Positions 24,601 to 36,182 of a stretch of DNA of 64,000 nt are shown here, piece by piece. Source of the stretch: Azolla caroliniana (Eukaryota; Plantae; Polypodiophyta); NCBI GenBank assembly GCA_043228905.1, contig JBHGNT010000002.1:23870001-23934000 (forward strand), in the 5' to 3' direction. Each line of letters begins with the position of its first letter. Within the stretch, counting starts at the first letter, position 1. The translations under genes were made by a program, and so were the position numbers. The notes below the pieces were generated by a model. It worked only from the letters and a program-made list of their open reading frames with translations, did not search any database and had not been told where the DNA came from.

Positions 24601-27282
24601 GCTCTCTTCACGGGTCCCGATTTCAGGCTCATCCAGAGGCATCTCGGTCTTGCTGACCTCATCGTTAGAACTCGGATTTGAGGTGAGGTCTGGAGTTAGA
24701 CGCAAGTACCAAGACGCAAATTCGTCAAACACAACGTCGCGGCTCACGCGCGCTTGTTTGGTGCGAGGGTTATAGCACTTATAACCCTTCTGCTCATCCG
24801 AGTAGCCGACTAAGATACACTTCTTGGCATTCGCGTCCAACTTTCTCTGTTTCTCCTTCGGTACATGCACATACACAATGCTACCGAAAACTCTCAAGTG
24901 TCATAGATTCGGCTTCCTTCCGAAATACTGGTCATGCGCTGAGACTTTGTCTCCGATCCGATTCTGGATGTATACTGCGGTTCGTACCACCTCAGCCTAA
25001 TAGAACTTGGGCAAGCTCTTCTCCTCTTGCATTGCCGATGCCACTTCTACAACTGACCGGTTCTTCCTCTCGGCCACGCTGTTTTGCTCCAGCGTGTATC
25101 CACAACTGAATTCACACATAATTCCTATCTGTTGCAGGTATTCTTTTCCGCCATCCGACCGCAAGAACTTATCTTTCGTCCTGTTTCCGTTTCCACGAAC
25201 CCTTTGAGGTCCCAGAAACAGTCGAAGACTTCACTCTTCTTCTCGATGAGGTAGATCCACGTGTGCCGCGTATAGTTGTCGATGAAGGAGACAAAATATT
25301 GACTCCCGCCAAGACTAACATTCTGTGCTGGCCCCCATACATCGGAATGTATCAAGTCGAGCTTGGTCCGGCTCCGGTTATGCTTGTTAGGGAAAGGAAG
25401 TCGATGTTGCTTCCCTAGCTGCCAGGCTTCACAAATTTGCGCCTTTCGGCCACTAAATTTGGGCAATCCGAACACCACGTGTTTCAATTGCAGGTCCTGA
25501 AGCCACTCATAGTTGACGTGGCCCTTGCGCAATAACTCAGCCTTCTTCTTCGATGAAGCACCCGAGATGCGTGAACTGGACTTGCATCCCCTGGTCAACG
25601 ATCTGCCCGACCGACACCAGATTCTTCGTGATTGTCGGGACGTGTAACACATTCATAAGTTTCCCTTTCTGCCCGACATGGCTCAGGGGAACCTCACCGA
25701 CATTCGCGATTGGATGCGGAGTGTCGTCTCCGGTTACGACTACTCCCGGTTGCATCGGTTTTTCTAGGTACGAGAACCACTCCTTGTGGCACGTCATGTG
25801 GTTTGACGCACCGGAGTCGACGTACCACACCTCGTCAAACTTCGGGGTGATCTTCTTCATCGAGTTTGCGTCGTGTCTCGTCACGAAGACTGACCCTTTT
25901 CCGGATCCTTCGGCGTAGTGCGATCGCTGCCGATTTGCTTTGTCGGTCTGTTCGGAACTTGATCCGGACCCGGTTCTCTCCGAATCGGTGCACTTTTTCC
26001 AAGACTCGCTCTCCCTATGGCCTTTCTTGCCACAATACCAGCATTCCGCGACAGATTTTTCATGCCGGTTCTCGTCGCCTTGACTCCCCTTGTTTCCGGA
26101 GGAATTGTTGTCGGCATCACTTCAGTGCCTTCTTCCTTGATCCCGTCGGTCGCCCCCATTGTGCACCAACTCGCCTCGTCCGCCACGACCACGGGGCCTA
26201 TCTCCCTCCATGTACAACATCTTGCTGTCGGCATGCGTACTCATCGGCGCACCCGCGTGGTTCTCCTCTATAAGGAGCATCGACTATAAGTCAAAAAACG
26301 ACATCGTATTATCCTGTGTACACATAGCAGTTCGAAACGCTCCAAACTTCGATGCCAGTCCCCCGAGACAGATCTGCACCATCTCGCCTTCCTCGACGTT
26401 CACATTGATGGAGGCTAAGGAGTCGCATATATCTTTGATCTTTGAGGTATAATCAGCCAACGACAAATTGCGTTGTCGTAGGTTGCTTAGCTCCTATCGG
26501 AGTTGAAGCTTTCTGGCTGTAGTGCTTGCGGCGAAAATCTTCTTCAAATTTCCCCGAGCAGCTTTCGGCGTTTTTGCATCCTGAATGTAGCTTAGGAGTT
26601 GTTCGCCCACACAAGACGTGAAGTAGTACAATACTCTGCTCGCCGACTATTCCCACCCCGGGAAATCTCTATGTGTCGATTCGGGTGTTGTATCATTTGC
26701 TTTGTCGACATAGCTCCAGTAACCGTGCCCGAGCAGGTACTGGTGCATCTTGTAGGACCAAGACGTGTAGTTGTTTCTGTCGAGCTTCTCCATCGAAAGC
26801 GATCTAGCCATGCATCTATCCATCGGTTTTACCTGTTCTTCTTGGTTAGTTTCCCTTTCAAGCTATGTCGGCTGCAGAGGTTCTCAACCCTCTCGCTGTG
26901 ATACCATAAAAAGAAGAGCGTGCAGAAGCAACAGGAAACTGAACACAGAAAATATGCAGGTTTAATGGAGAGCTTGTATATGCACAGTATGTGGGAGAGA
27001 GAGGGAGAGAGAGAGAACACACAGAAAAACTTGTATTCAAAAAAATACTCAATCTGTACCTAGGATGTGCTCAGTGAGCACTTTTATACGTACTAACACG
27101 TACTTCAATGCTCATAAGTGAGCTCTACACTAACTCCCAAAATTATTCCTTACGAGGAATATCATACTAACGGCCTTCCGGTCTACGCACTGATACATGT
27201 TATGTGTACCGATTTACGCACCCAGTCTATGCACTGGGTTACGCATCGTATTACGCACGAATGTTGAGCTTGTCTCTCAACA
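21677..27282 (-). mobile_element. Degenerate full-length Ty1/Copia element D
   Basis: LTRs 21677-22048 and 26907-27282. TSD ATTAT at 21672-21676 and 27283-27287. PBS tgatacca ends 26906. Fragmented gag-pol (WYVDSGASNH, LIHSDVWGP, LYVDDL, IYCDN). Confidence 0.93.
22470..22690 (-). repeat. 78-bp tandem repeat (~3 copies) in the 3' extension of D's pol
   Basis: Encodes the 26-aa unit PNDHGRGREVPEDEDRDAELNDELDV in ORF 22222-22728. Confidence 0.9.
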
Positions 27283-29448
27283 ATTATCTACGTCCAATTC
27301 CAAGCCAACATCTTTGTGGTTATGAGAATTGCTTCTGGTTAGTCTCTGTATATATTGTTTGATACCATGTTTGGGATTTTCTCCTTTATTTTCTTGATGG
27401 TGGCTTGTCTTAGATGGCCTGATTTTGTCAATGAGAAGTCGTATACTAGTATGTCAACACAGTCTAATGTGAGAGTAGATGTGCTCGGTATATTCTTTCT
27501 TCTTCTCTTTCTGCTTGAACATCTGACATCCTTAACCATCTCTAAAGAATACTTTCCTGTAAATGCATCAGGTGAAGATGTCGTATACCAGTGGACCACA
27601 TTTGACTTTGTCTAATTGCCTTCTTCATCCTTCACTAATTCAATAATTTTTGCAATCCAAAATTGATGGCCCAAGTTATCATCCCCCACTAATCTTGCGA
27701 CCAACATTCCAACTTGTAGTTCTTGCAAATTACCTTGGCATCTTGCCTCAACAATACATGACTTTCTTGGTCCCACGTAAATATCTCTTTGTTGTGGTCG
27801 AACTAAATTATGAAGCTCTATATTATTCGATGGTTGATGATGAGTCGGCGATATCATTGGTGGCACCCCAATATTCCATGTGAATAGTTTATGGATTGGC
27901 CAAAATCCGGCAATGTAATTATCTAAAATGGTGCGTTGATGGGTGAAGAAGATCTCCCACCATTCAACATCCTCATCACCGGCATACTTCATGGTGCGAT
28001 CAATATTCTTTTGTTTCTCTTCAAGACATTGCAACCAATATGCCCTTTGTTCATCAATAGAACTATTGGGTGCCACATTTTTATGATCATCATATGGCAG
28101 TTGATGTGCACCATGCAATGGTGCATCTGGGATATGAAGTAGGAGCCTACAACCTTCTTGGGGCTCCAATTGTGTACTAGTTGAGTATTGTTTTGCAAAC
28201 AACATCGTCATCTTGAGGTGGTCCGAGGTTTGTTTTATGAGGAAAACATGGTTGAAACTTATATTATTAAGAGGTGCAAGCACCCTACATTTAGTCCCAT
28301 CACCATCCATGCAGAAACGTTTAAAGTCATACACTTCATTCAAGTGATGTACTTCAAGCTTTGGTGTATATGCTTTACTTATCAATTTTGATAGCGTGGT
28401 AAGCGTGAAAGCATTACAACGAGCTAGTTTCTTTGAGAACCTACTAAACATTTGATCTATGTGATCATGGGTATGACCAACTAATCAGAAGTTGACCTTT
28501 ATCTTTTTAAATATTCCCCTCTCTACTAGTATGCTTAGATAACCGAAGACATTTAAGTTTTTATTCTCTCTTGCTGTGTTGTCTAGTTGCGCGTATAGAA
28601 CTGGCGGTACTATGCCTGACCATGATTGCAATACTCTGTGCATGACGGTGATAGTCAGATTAGGGTCGTTGTGGATATTAGGATAAGTTAAGAATACTTG
28701 TGGCCTTATTGTAAACACCCTACTAGATGCATTTGCACGAGGCACTCATCTGAAATATCTTTTGGCAGTCGTTGGAAATGCGGCAAACAAGTCTTCTTTT
28801 GATCCATGCCATCAATAATCATGCACATATACTTTTTGGGAGATTGAAGCGCTTTTTGTCAGTGATGCATAACCTTAGAACGTTCCAATGCTTGACTTTC
28901 ACGATGTTCTTTTAATAGGTTCTTGTAATTCCTTTTCTCTACATCGGATTTTCCACCCTTGGCCATACTTTTTAAACTTGCACATATTGAGCAGATGTCA
29001 TGAACACATGACCATTATGGCGTCACCTGAACTTGAACCTCGAACCTTGTAATCTATACTTGAAAACCTCAACCATTAAGATAGCTTATTGTTATATGAA
29101 ACAATAAAAGCTACTTCTTGTATTACATTGATTATTGTAAAAACTCTAGATTATTCTAGAATGTTCTAGAATGTCCTAGAGCATTCTAGGTCTAGAACAT
29201 TCTAGAACATTCTAGAAATCTCTAAGCTATTCTATAGGAACCTATAAATAAGGGCATACATATATTCTCAAATCAATTCGAATCAACACCAGTCTTTAGC
29301 TCTCATTACATATCTTGTATCCATTCTCTTTCTTTCTCTATCTTATATATCCATTCTTCTCTTAGTATTTCGTTCCTTTCTTCTCGTGTTCTCTAATATC
29401 CTTCTTCCATCACTCTATCTTTTATCATTGGTTCTGACAGTTTGATTC

Positions 29449-29491
<43 letters not shown>

Positions 29492-29534
29492 TTCCTTTGC
29501 AACCATCCTCTCATTGGTTCTGACAGTTTGATTC

Positions 29535-29569
<35 letters not shown>

Positions 29570-29593
29570 TTCCTTTGCAACCATCCTGAAACC

Positions 29594-30757
29594 ATGGCTG
29601 CCATTAACTCAAAAGAATATCTCACCCTTGTTGCAGAAATGGAGAACCTTAAATCCAAGTTCGCATCTCTTGAAGTAGAGAATCAACATCTACTTGGGGA
29701 TCTACAAAAGGTTACTATAGAGAAGCAACAACAACAAGAGGAGTTCACGCGACGAGTGCAACAGTTAGAGTCGACAATCGTAGTGTTACAACAACAAAGG
29801 GTTGAAGGTCATGGACTTATCAAGGTGCCCAAAATTAGCCTCCTAGCTAAATTTGATGGGTCGAGGGCGCATTTCCGAGGTTTCTTGAATCAAGTACGGT
29901 TGGTGATTCAAATGCATCCTGCACGTTATCCAACAAATGCATCACGAGTCGGGCTAGTGGGCACCTTATTGACAGGCATAGCATTGTCGTGGTTTGCTCC
30001 ATTGCTAGAGACCAATTCTCCTCTACTGAATAATTTCGAGGAATTTATCAAGGAATTTAAGGCTTGTTTCGGAGATACTGATGGGGCGATAACAGCTATC
30101 AACAAGATTCGTACACTTCGTCAAGGTGATCAACCAGCGTCGACATATGCTGCCGATTTCCGTCTCATCGCAAGCGATATTCCTTGGGATGAACAAGCCC
30201 TAATGGAGCAATTCCGTTCAGGCCTTCGTAGTGATGTCAAAGACTTACTTCTTACCTTCCCCGAGGATCCAAGGTCACTTACAGAAGCTATTAGTCGAGC
30301 AATATGGTGTGATAATCGCCTTTTTGAGCGTCGATGTGAGCGACAACAACAAATAAGAAGATCAAGATTCACACCAACTTATGCATCAGTAACGACGCAA
30401 TCATCCCCAAGGCAAATGTATAGCCCTGCTCCAACTCCAAGGCAAACACGTAGTCCAGTTCCAATGGATAGTCCTGCACCCATGGAGATCGATATGACTC
30501 AACGACGAGGACCGTTGTCAGACGAAGAGAAGCAACGTCGTCGAGCAAACCATCTGTGCTTATATTGCGGAGGTCCAAGACATATAGCCATTCATTGCTC
30601 CCGTAGGCCGAGACGTCAGGTAAATCAAATTCACTATGACAATAAAAATGAGTCCAACATTTTAGAAGCAGTTAGTGAATCTAATATTATGAATAATCCA
30701 CCCTTGTCCAATAAATTTGAAGTCCTAAGCCAATTAGAAGAGGAGTCAAACGAATAA
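29594..30757 (+). CDS. Gypsy gag (capsid plus CCHC knuckle) of F
   Basis: Open ORF from ATG 29594 with KFDGSR..FRGFLNQV, LRQG, APMEID and CLYCGGPRHIAIHC. Confidence 0.9.
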   Translation: MAAINSKEYLTLVAEMENLKSKFASLEVENQHLLGDLQKVTIEKQQQQEEFTRRVQQLESTIVVLQQQRVEGHGLIKVPKISLLAKFDGSRAHFRGFLNQVRLVIQMHPARYPTNASRVGLVGTLLTGIALSWFAPLLETNSPLLNNFEEFIKEFKACFGDTDGAITAINKIRTLRQGDQPASTYAADFRLIASDIPWDEQALMEQFRSGLRSDVKDLLLTFPEDPRSLTEAISRAIWCDNRLFERRCERQQQIRRSRFTPTYASVTTQSSPRQMYSPAPTPRQTRSPVPMDSPAPMEIDMTQRRGPLSDEEKQRRRANHLCLYCGGPRHIAIHCSRRPRRQVNQIHYDNKNESNILEAVSESNIMNNPPLSNKFEVLSQLEEESNE

Positions 30758-30783
30758 GTCCGGCCAAAATAGGAGTGATTTGG

Positions 30784-33700
30784 TGTTAGGAAATAGGTCC
30801 CTCCGGACGGGAAGTGAGAAACCGAATATGGACTACCCGGCTATGGAAGACCCGGTGAGAACCGGATGAGGAGTACCCGGTTAGAGCCGGATGATGAAGG
30901 CCCGGTGAGAAGTGCTCACCGGATGAAGGGACATATTCATAAATATGTTTTCTGAGAGGCCATCGGGGCTATATTTGTAAATAGCCGAAAAGTCATATTA
31001 GTATAAATATGACTTAGGGGAAACTCAATATGAGTTGTTGTCATTCTTGTTGGCGCAAGATTAGAGCGCGCAACTGTGTACAAAGAGAGTGAGAGAGAGG
31101 AAGAGGTCGTTGCCTCTATTGTAACCGTCGCCTGTGGCGAAGATAGAAAGCTCGAGGTCGTTGCTTCGGTGCTTTACCATTTGTACATTCTGACATAGTG
31201 ATAGTTTGCAGTCTGTGGGCTGCCGTGGTTTTTCCCTAGTTTGGGTTTTCCACGTTAATATCCTATGTTCTCTTCTCTCCATTGTGTCATGCATTCATTC
31301 CCCGTTTTTCTGTGTTTTGATTCTAAGCTCGGTTGTGGCCGAGCGTTGTGTTTAGGGAGCGTGTATTCCTGTCAAAGTGGTACTAGAGTGAAACAACACA
31401 GAGAATGGACGAATCGTTGGGCAGCATGTTCAAGCTCACCGGCTCCAACTATTCAGTGTGGAAGTCGAAGATGAGGGACATGCTCGTGGTTAAAGATCTT
31501 TGGTTGCCGGTTCAGTTCGGGGATAAGAAACCGGACAAGATCGACGCCGCGATATGGGAGGTGATGCACATGAAGAAAACGGCGTACATACGGTGCTTCA
31601 TCGACATGAGCCTATACAACAACTTCAATGAAGAGAGCAAGGCTCATGAGCTCTGGGAGAAGATCGACATCATGTTTCAAAACAAAAATGTTGTTAATCA
31701 GGTTTCGGTATTCCTGAAGCTAGTAAGACTCAGGTACCAAGATGGCTCCAGCATGGCGGAGCACATGAATGCCTTCCAAGGGCTGATCCACCAGGAAACA
31801 TCATTGAAAGTACCTCTCGCCGATGAGGTATTAGTGCTACTCCTGCTCGGTTCCCTCCCAGATAGTTGGGAGACGTTGGTTGTCACTTTGGGCAATGCCG
31901 GGCTGGAAGGGAAACGGTTATCCCTAGCAAGAGTGAAGTCGAGCTTGCTAGATGAGGAGGCGCGTCGAAAAGATAAGGATACGAGCTCCGACTCCAAAGC
32001 GCTCCTTACCGAATCAGAACACGGAAGACAAAGAAACCGTAGTCCCCAGAACCGGGAGAAGTCGGGGACACGTTCAAAGTCAAGGGGGAGGCCTACTTGC
32101 TTCTATTGCGGCAAGCCGGGACACTTCCAGGAAACTGTCGGCACTTCCGAAAAGACAAGGAAGCCGACGGTACCGACTCGAAGCGGACACCGAACCGGAA
32201 CGGTAAAGACCGGAGAGGAACGAACCGGAAGGGAACGACGGCAATCACGGCAAGTGAAGAAGAGTTGATGCTCATCACCGAGGAGAGTGAGCAAAACCTT
32301 GCCAGCGACGAGATGACCTGGGTGGTCGACTCCGGAGCGTCGTTCCACCTTACCCCGATCCGGAAATGCTTCTCATCCTACTCAGCCGGTGATCACGGTT
32401 GTGTCCAGATGGGGAATGAAGGTACATGCTGAATTGTCGTCATAGGAGACGTGTGGCTGTCGACACCAACCGGATGCAAGTTGCTGTTGAAGGATGTCCG
32501 ACACGTTTCGGAGGTTCGTCTAAACCTGATATCAGCCGGTCGGCTAGATGATGAAGGCTACACGGGTAGCATCCGGAACGACGTTATGAAGTTCAGGAAA
32601 GGGAGCCTGATTATGGCTCGGGCCCGGAAGGTAAACACTCTACACCTGATGAATGCTCGGTTATGTCCGGAGGAAGTGAACGTGGCATCCGACACTGCCG
32701 GTGACCTGTGGCACAAAAGGCTATGTCACATGAGCGAGAAGGGGATGAAGAGGCTTGCAGACGACAACCTCATTCCAGTGAAGCACATGCACTTGGAGAA
32801 GTGCACTGATTGTCTGGCAGGTAAGCAAAACTGGACCTCCTTCCGACCAAGGCCACCGATGAGACGTAATGCACCACTGGAGTTGGTGCATACTGATGTG
32901 TGTCAAGTGGACACGAAGTCACATCTCGGAGCGCAGTACTTTGTGACGTTTAGAGATGACCACAGCCGGAAGATGTGAGCCACACCGTTGAAGACGAAGG
33001 ATCAGGTGCTATCTGTCTTCAAAGAGCTCCACACGAGAGTGGAAAGAGAAACCGGCTGGAAGCTGAAGGCGGTTCGAGCAGATAACGGAGGAGAATACCG
33101 GGGGCAGTTCGAGGAGTACTGCCGCTTGAAGGGAATCCGGCTCGAATTTACTGTGCCGAAGACGTCGGAACTAAACGGGCTAGCCAAGAGGATGAACCGG
33201 ACCATAATGGAAAGGGTCCAGAGTATGCTGGCGCATGCAAAACTACCCAAGAAGTTTTGGGCTGAGGCACTGTCGACGGCGACATATGTGATAAACAGAT
33301 CACCCTCAATACCCTTGGACGTAGACACGCCGCAGAGAGTATGGACTGGTAAGGAAGTGTCCTACCGGCATCTGAAGGTGTTCGGGTGTCTCACGTACGT
33401 GCATGTAGCTAAGGACCGGAGAGGAAAGTTAGATCCAAAGACCTGGCCATGCATATTCCTCGGTTACGGCGACGATGAGTTCGGCTATCGAGTGTGGGAC
33501 CCGGTTGACAAGAAGGTATTCCGGAGTCGAGATATTATCTTCATGGAGGACAAGACACTCGCCGACTGGGAGTCAGAGAAGAAGATAATGAACTCCAGGA
33601 AGACCCAACCGGCAAGAGACCGGTTAGCACTCGAGGAACCAGCCGGTTACGATGAGGATACCGAACCGGCAGAAGAAGAAGTAGAGGAAGCTGAAACCGG

Positions 33701-36177
33701 AACCGGCCAAGACCCCGAATCGGATTCGGATGAAGAGCAAATGGAGGAGCCGGTTACTGAACCCCAAAGACGGAGATATCCTCTCAGAGAAAGAAGGGCC
33801 CCCTAGAGAATTCCGGATGCAGAGCATGTGTTGCTAAGCGATGAGGGGGAGCCAGAAAGCTTTGAAGAAGCAAAGGATGACACCCACAGCCTCAAATGGT
33901 TAAGTGCCATGCAGGATGAGATGGATTCCCTGCATGAGAACCATACGCATGAATTGGTGGAGTTGCCGAAAGGAAAGCGGGCACTCCGAAACAAGTGGGT
34001 GTACAAGTTGAAACCGGGAGATGCCGGCAACCCCCCGAGATACAAAGCCAGGATTGTGGTGAAGGGGTTCTAGCAAAAGAAGGGTGTGGACTTCGATGAG
34101 ATATTTGCCCCGGTAGTAAAGATGACCTTCATCCGGACGGTGCTGAGTATAGCGGCAAGCATGGACCTCGAGGTAGAGCAGCTAGACATGAAGTCGACAT
34201 TCCTTCACGGTGACCTCGAAGAGGAGATCTACATGCAGCAACCGGAAGGATTCGTGGAGAAAGGGAAGGAGCATCTCGTATGCCGGTGGAAGAAGAGCCT
34301 GTATGGACTGAAGCAGGCTCCCCGACAATGGTACCGGAAGTTCGACTCCTTCATGACCGATCAAGGGTACCACAAGAAGCAGGCCGATCACTGCGTGTTT
34401 GTGAAGAAGTTCGAAGGAGGCGACTTCCTGATACTCCTTTTGTACGTGGACGACATGTTGATTGTCGGACGGGACCAAGCCAAAATATGGGTGCTGAAGA
34501 AGGCACTAAATTGAACCTTCTCAATGAAAGACTTGGGTCCGGCAAGACAGATGTTGGGGATGCATATCATCCGGAACCGGCCAACGAAGCAATTGTGGCT
34601 GTCATAGGAGAAATACGTGACAAAGGTGCTTCAACGGTTCAACATGTTAGAAGCAAAACCAGTTGGATCGACACTCCCGGCAAACTACAGATTATCCGGT
34701 AAGCAAAGCCCGAAGACCAAAGCACAGAAGGTTGATATTATGAAGGTTCCATATGCCTCTGCCGTCGAGAGCTTAATGTACGCAATGGTGTGTACCCGAC
34801 CAGATATAGGATACGCAATCAGAGTGGTGAGCCGGTTTATGAGCAATCCCGGCAAGGAGCACTGGAACGCGGTCAAATGGATACTCCGGTACTTGAAGGG
34901 CACTTCAAATATGTGTCTTCGATTAGGCTCTGGAAAACCTTAACTTGTCGGTTTTACCGATTCGGACATGTCGGCTGATGTGGATACCAGCCGGTCTACT
35001 TCCGGGCATGTAATGACATATGCAGGGGGAGCTGTTTCGTGGCAATCGAGGTTGCAGAAGACGGTTGCGTTGTCAACCACGGAGGCGGAGTACATGGCGG
35101 TTGTGGAAGCCGGCAAGGAAATATTATGGATGAAGGACTTCATCGGAGAGCTCGGTATCTGGCAAGATGAATACCGACTCTATTGCGACAGTCAAAGTGC
35201 CATCCACCTTGCTAAGAATGCGGCCTACCATTCCCGAACAAAGCATATCCAGCAAAGGCATCACTGGATCCGGGAAAGAGTAGATGACCAGGAGTTCGCA
35301 CTGACGAAGATCCACACGGCCAAGAACGGGTCAGATATGCTGACCAAAGTACTGATACCCGACAAGCTGGATGCATGTCGGAAGCGGATCGGACTAGTAA
35401 GACATCCCATGCCGGAGTGAAGGGGGAGTTTGTTAGGAAACAGGTCCCTCCGGATGGGAAGTGAGAAGAACAGTACTGATGAGTAAACTCGGTCGAGGCC
35501 GAAACCGAATGTGGACTACCTGGCTACGGAAGACCCGGTGAGAACCGGATGAGGAGTACCCAGCTACGGAAGACCTGGTGAGAACCGGATGACGACTACC
35601 CGGTTACGGAAGACCCGGTGAGAACGGGATGACGACTACCCGGTTACGGAAGACCCGGTGAGAACCGGATGAGGAGTACCCGACTAGAGCCGGATGATGA
35701 AGGCCCGGTGAGAAGTGCTCACCGGATGAAGGGACATATTCATAAATATGTTTTCTGAGAGGCCATCGGGGCTATATTTGTAAATAGCCGAAAAGTCATA
35801 TTAGTATAAATATGACTTAGGGCAAACTCAATATGAGTTGCTGTCATTCTTGTTGGCGCAAGATTAGAGCGTGCAATTGTGTACAAAGAGAGTGAGAAAG
35901 AGGAAGAGGTCGTTGCCTCTGTTGTAACCGCCGCCTGTGGCGAAGATAGAAAGCTCGAGGTCGTTGCTTCGGTGCTTTACCATTTGTAAATTCTAACATA
36001 GTGATAGTTTGCAGTCTGTGGGCTGCCGTGGTTTTTCCCTAGCTTGGGTTTTCCATGTTAACAGCCTCTGTTCTCTTCTCTCCATTGTGTCGTGCATTCA
36101 TTCCCCATTTTTCTGTGTTTTGATTCTAAGCTCGGTTGTGGCCGAGCGTTGTGCTTAGGGAGCGTGTATTCCTATCA
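30784..36177 (+). mobile_element. Ty1/Copia element E (degenerate gag-pol 31405-35420)
   Basis: LTRs 30784-31374 and 35431-36177. TSD TTTGG at 30779-30783 and 36178-36182. PBS-like tggtactagag. PPT gaagggggagtt. Pol is closely similar to B but has several stops. Confidence 0.95.
35526..35685 (+). repeat. 40-bp tandem repeat x4 in the U3 of E's 3' LTR
   Basis: Unit ggaagacccggtgagaaccggatgaggagtacccggttac; only one copy is present in the 5' LTR. Confidence 0.9.
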
Positions 36178-36182
36178 TTTGG

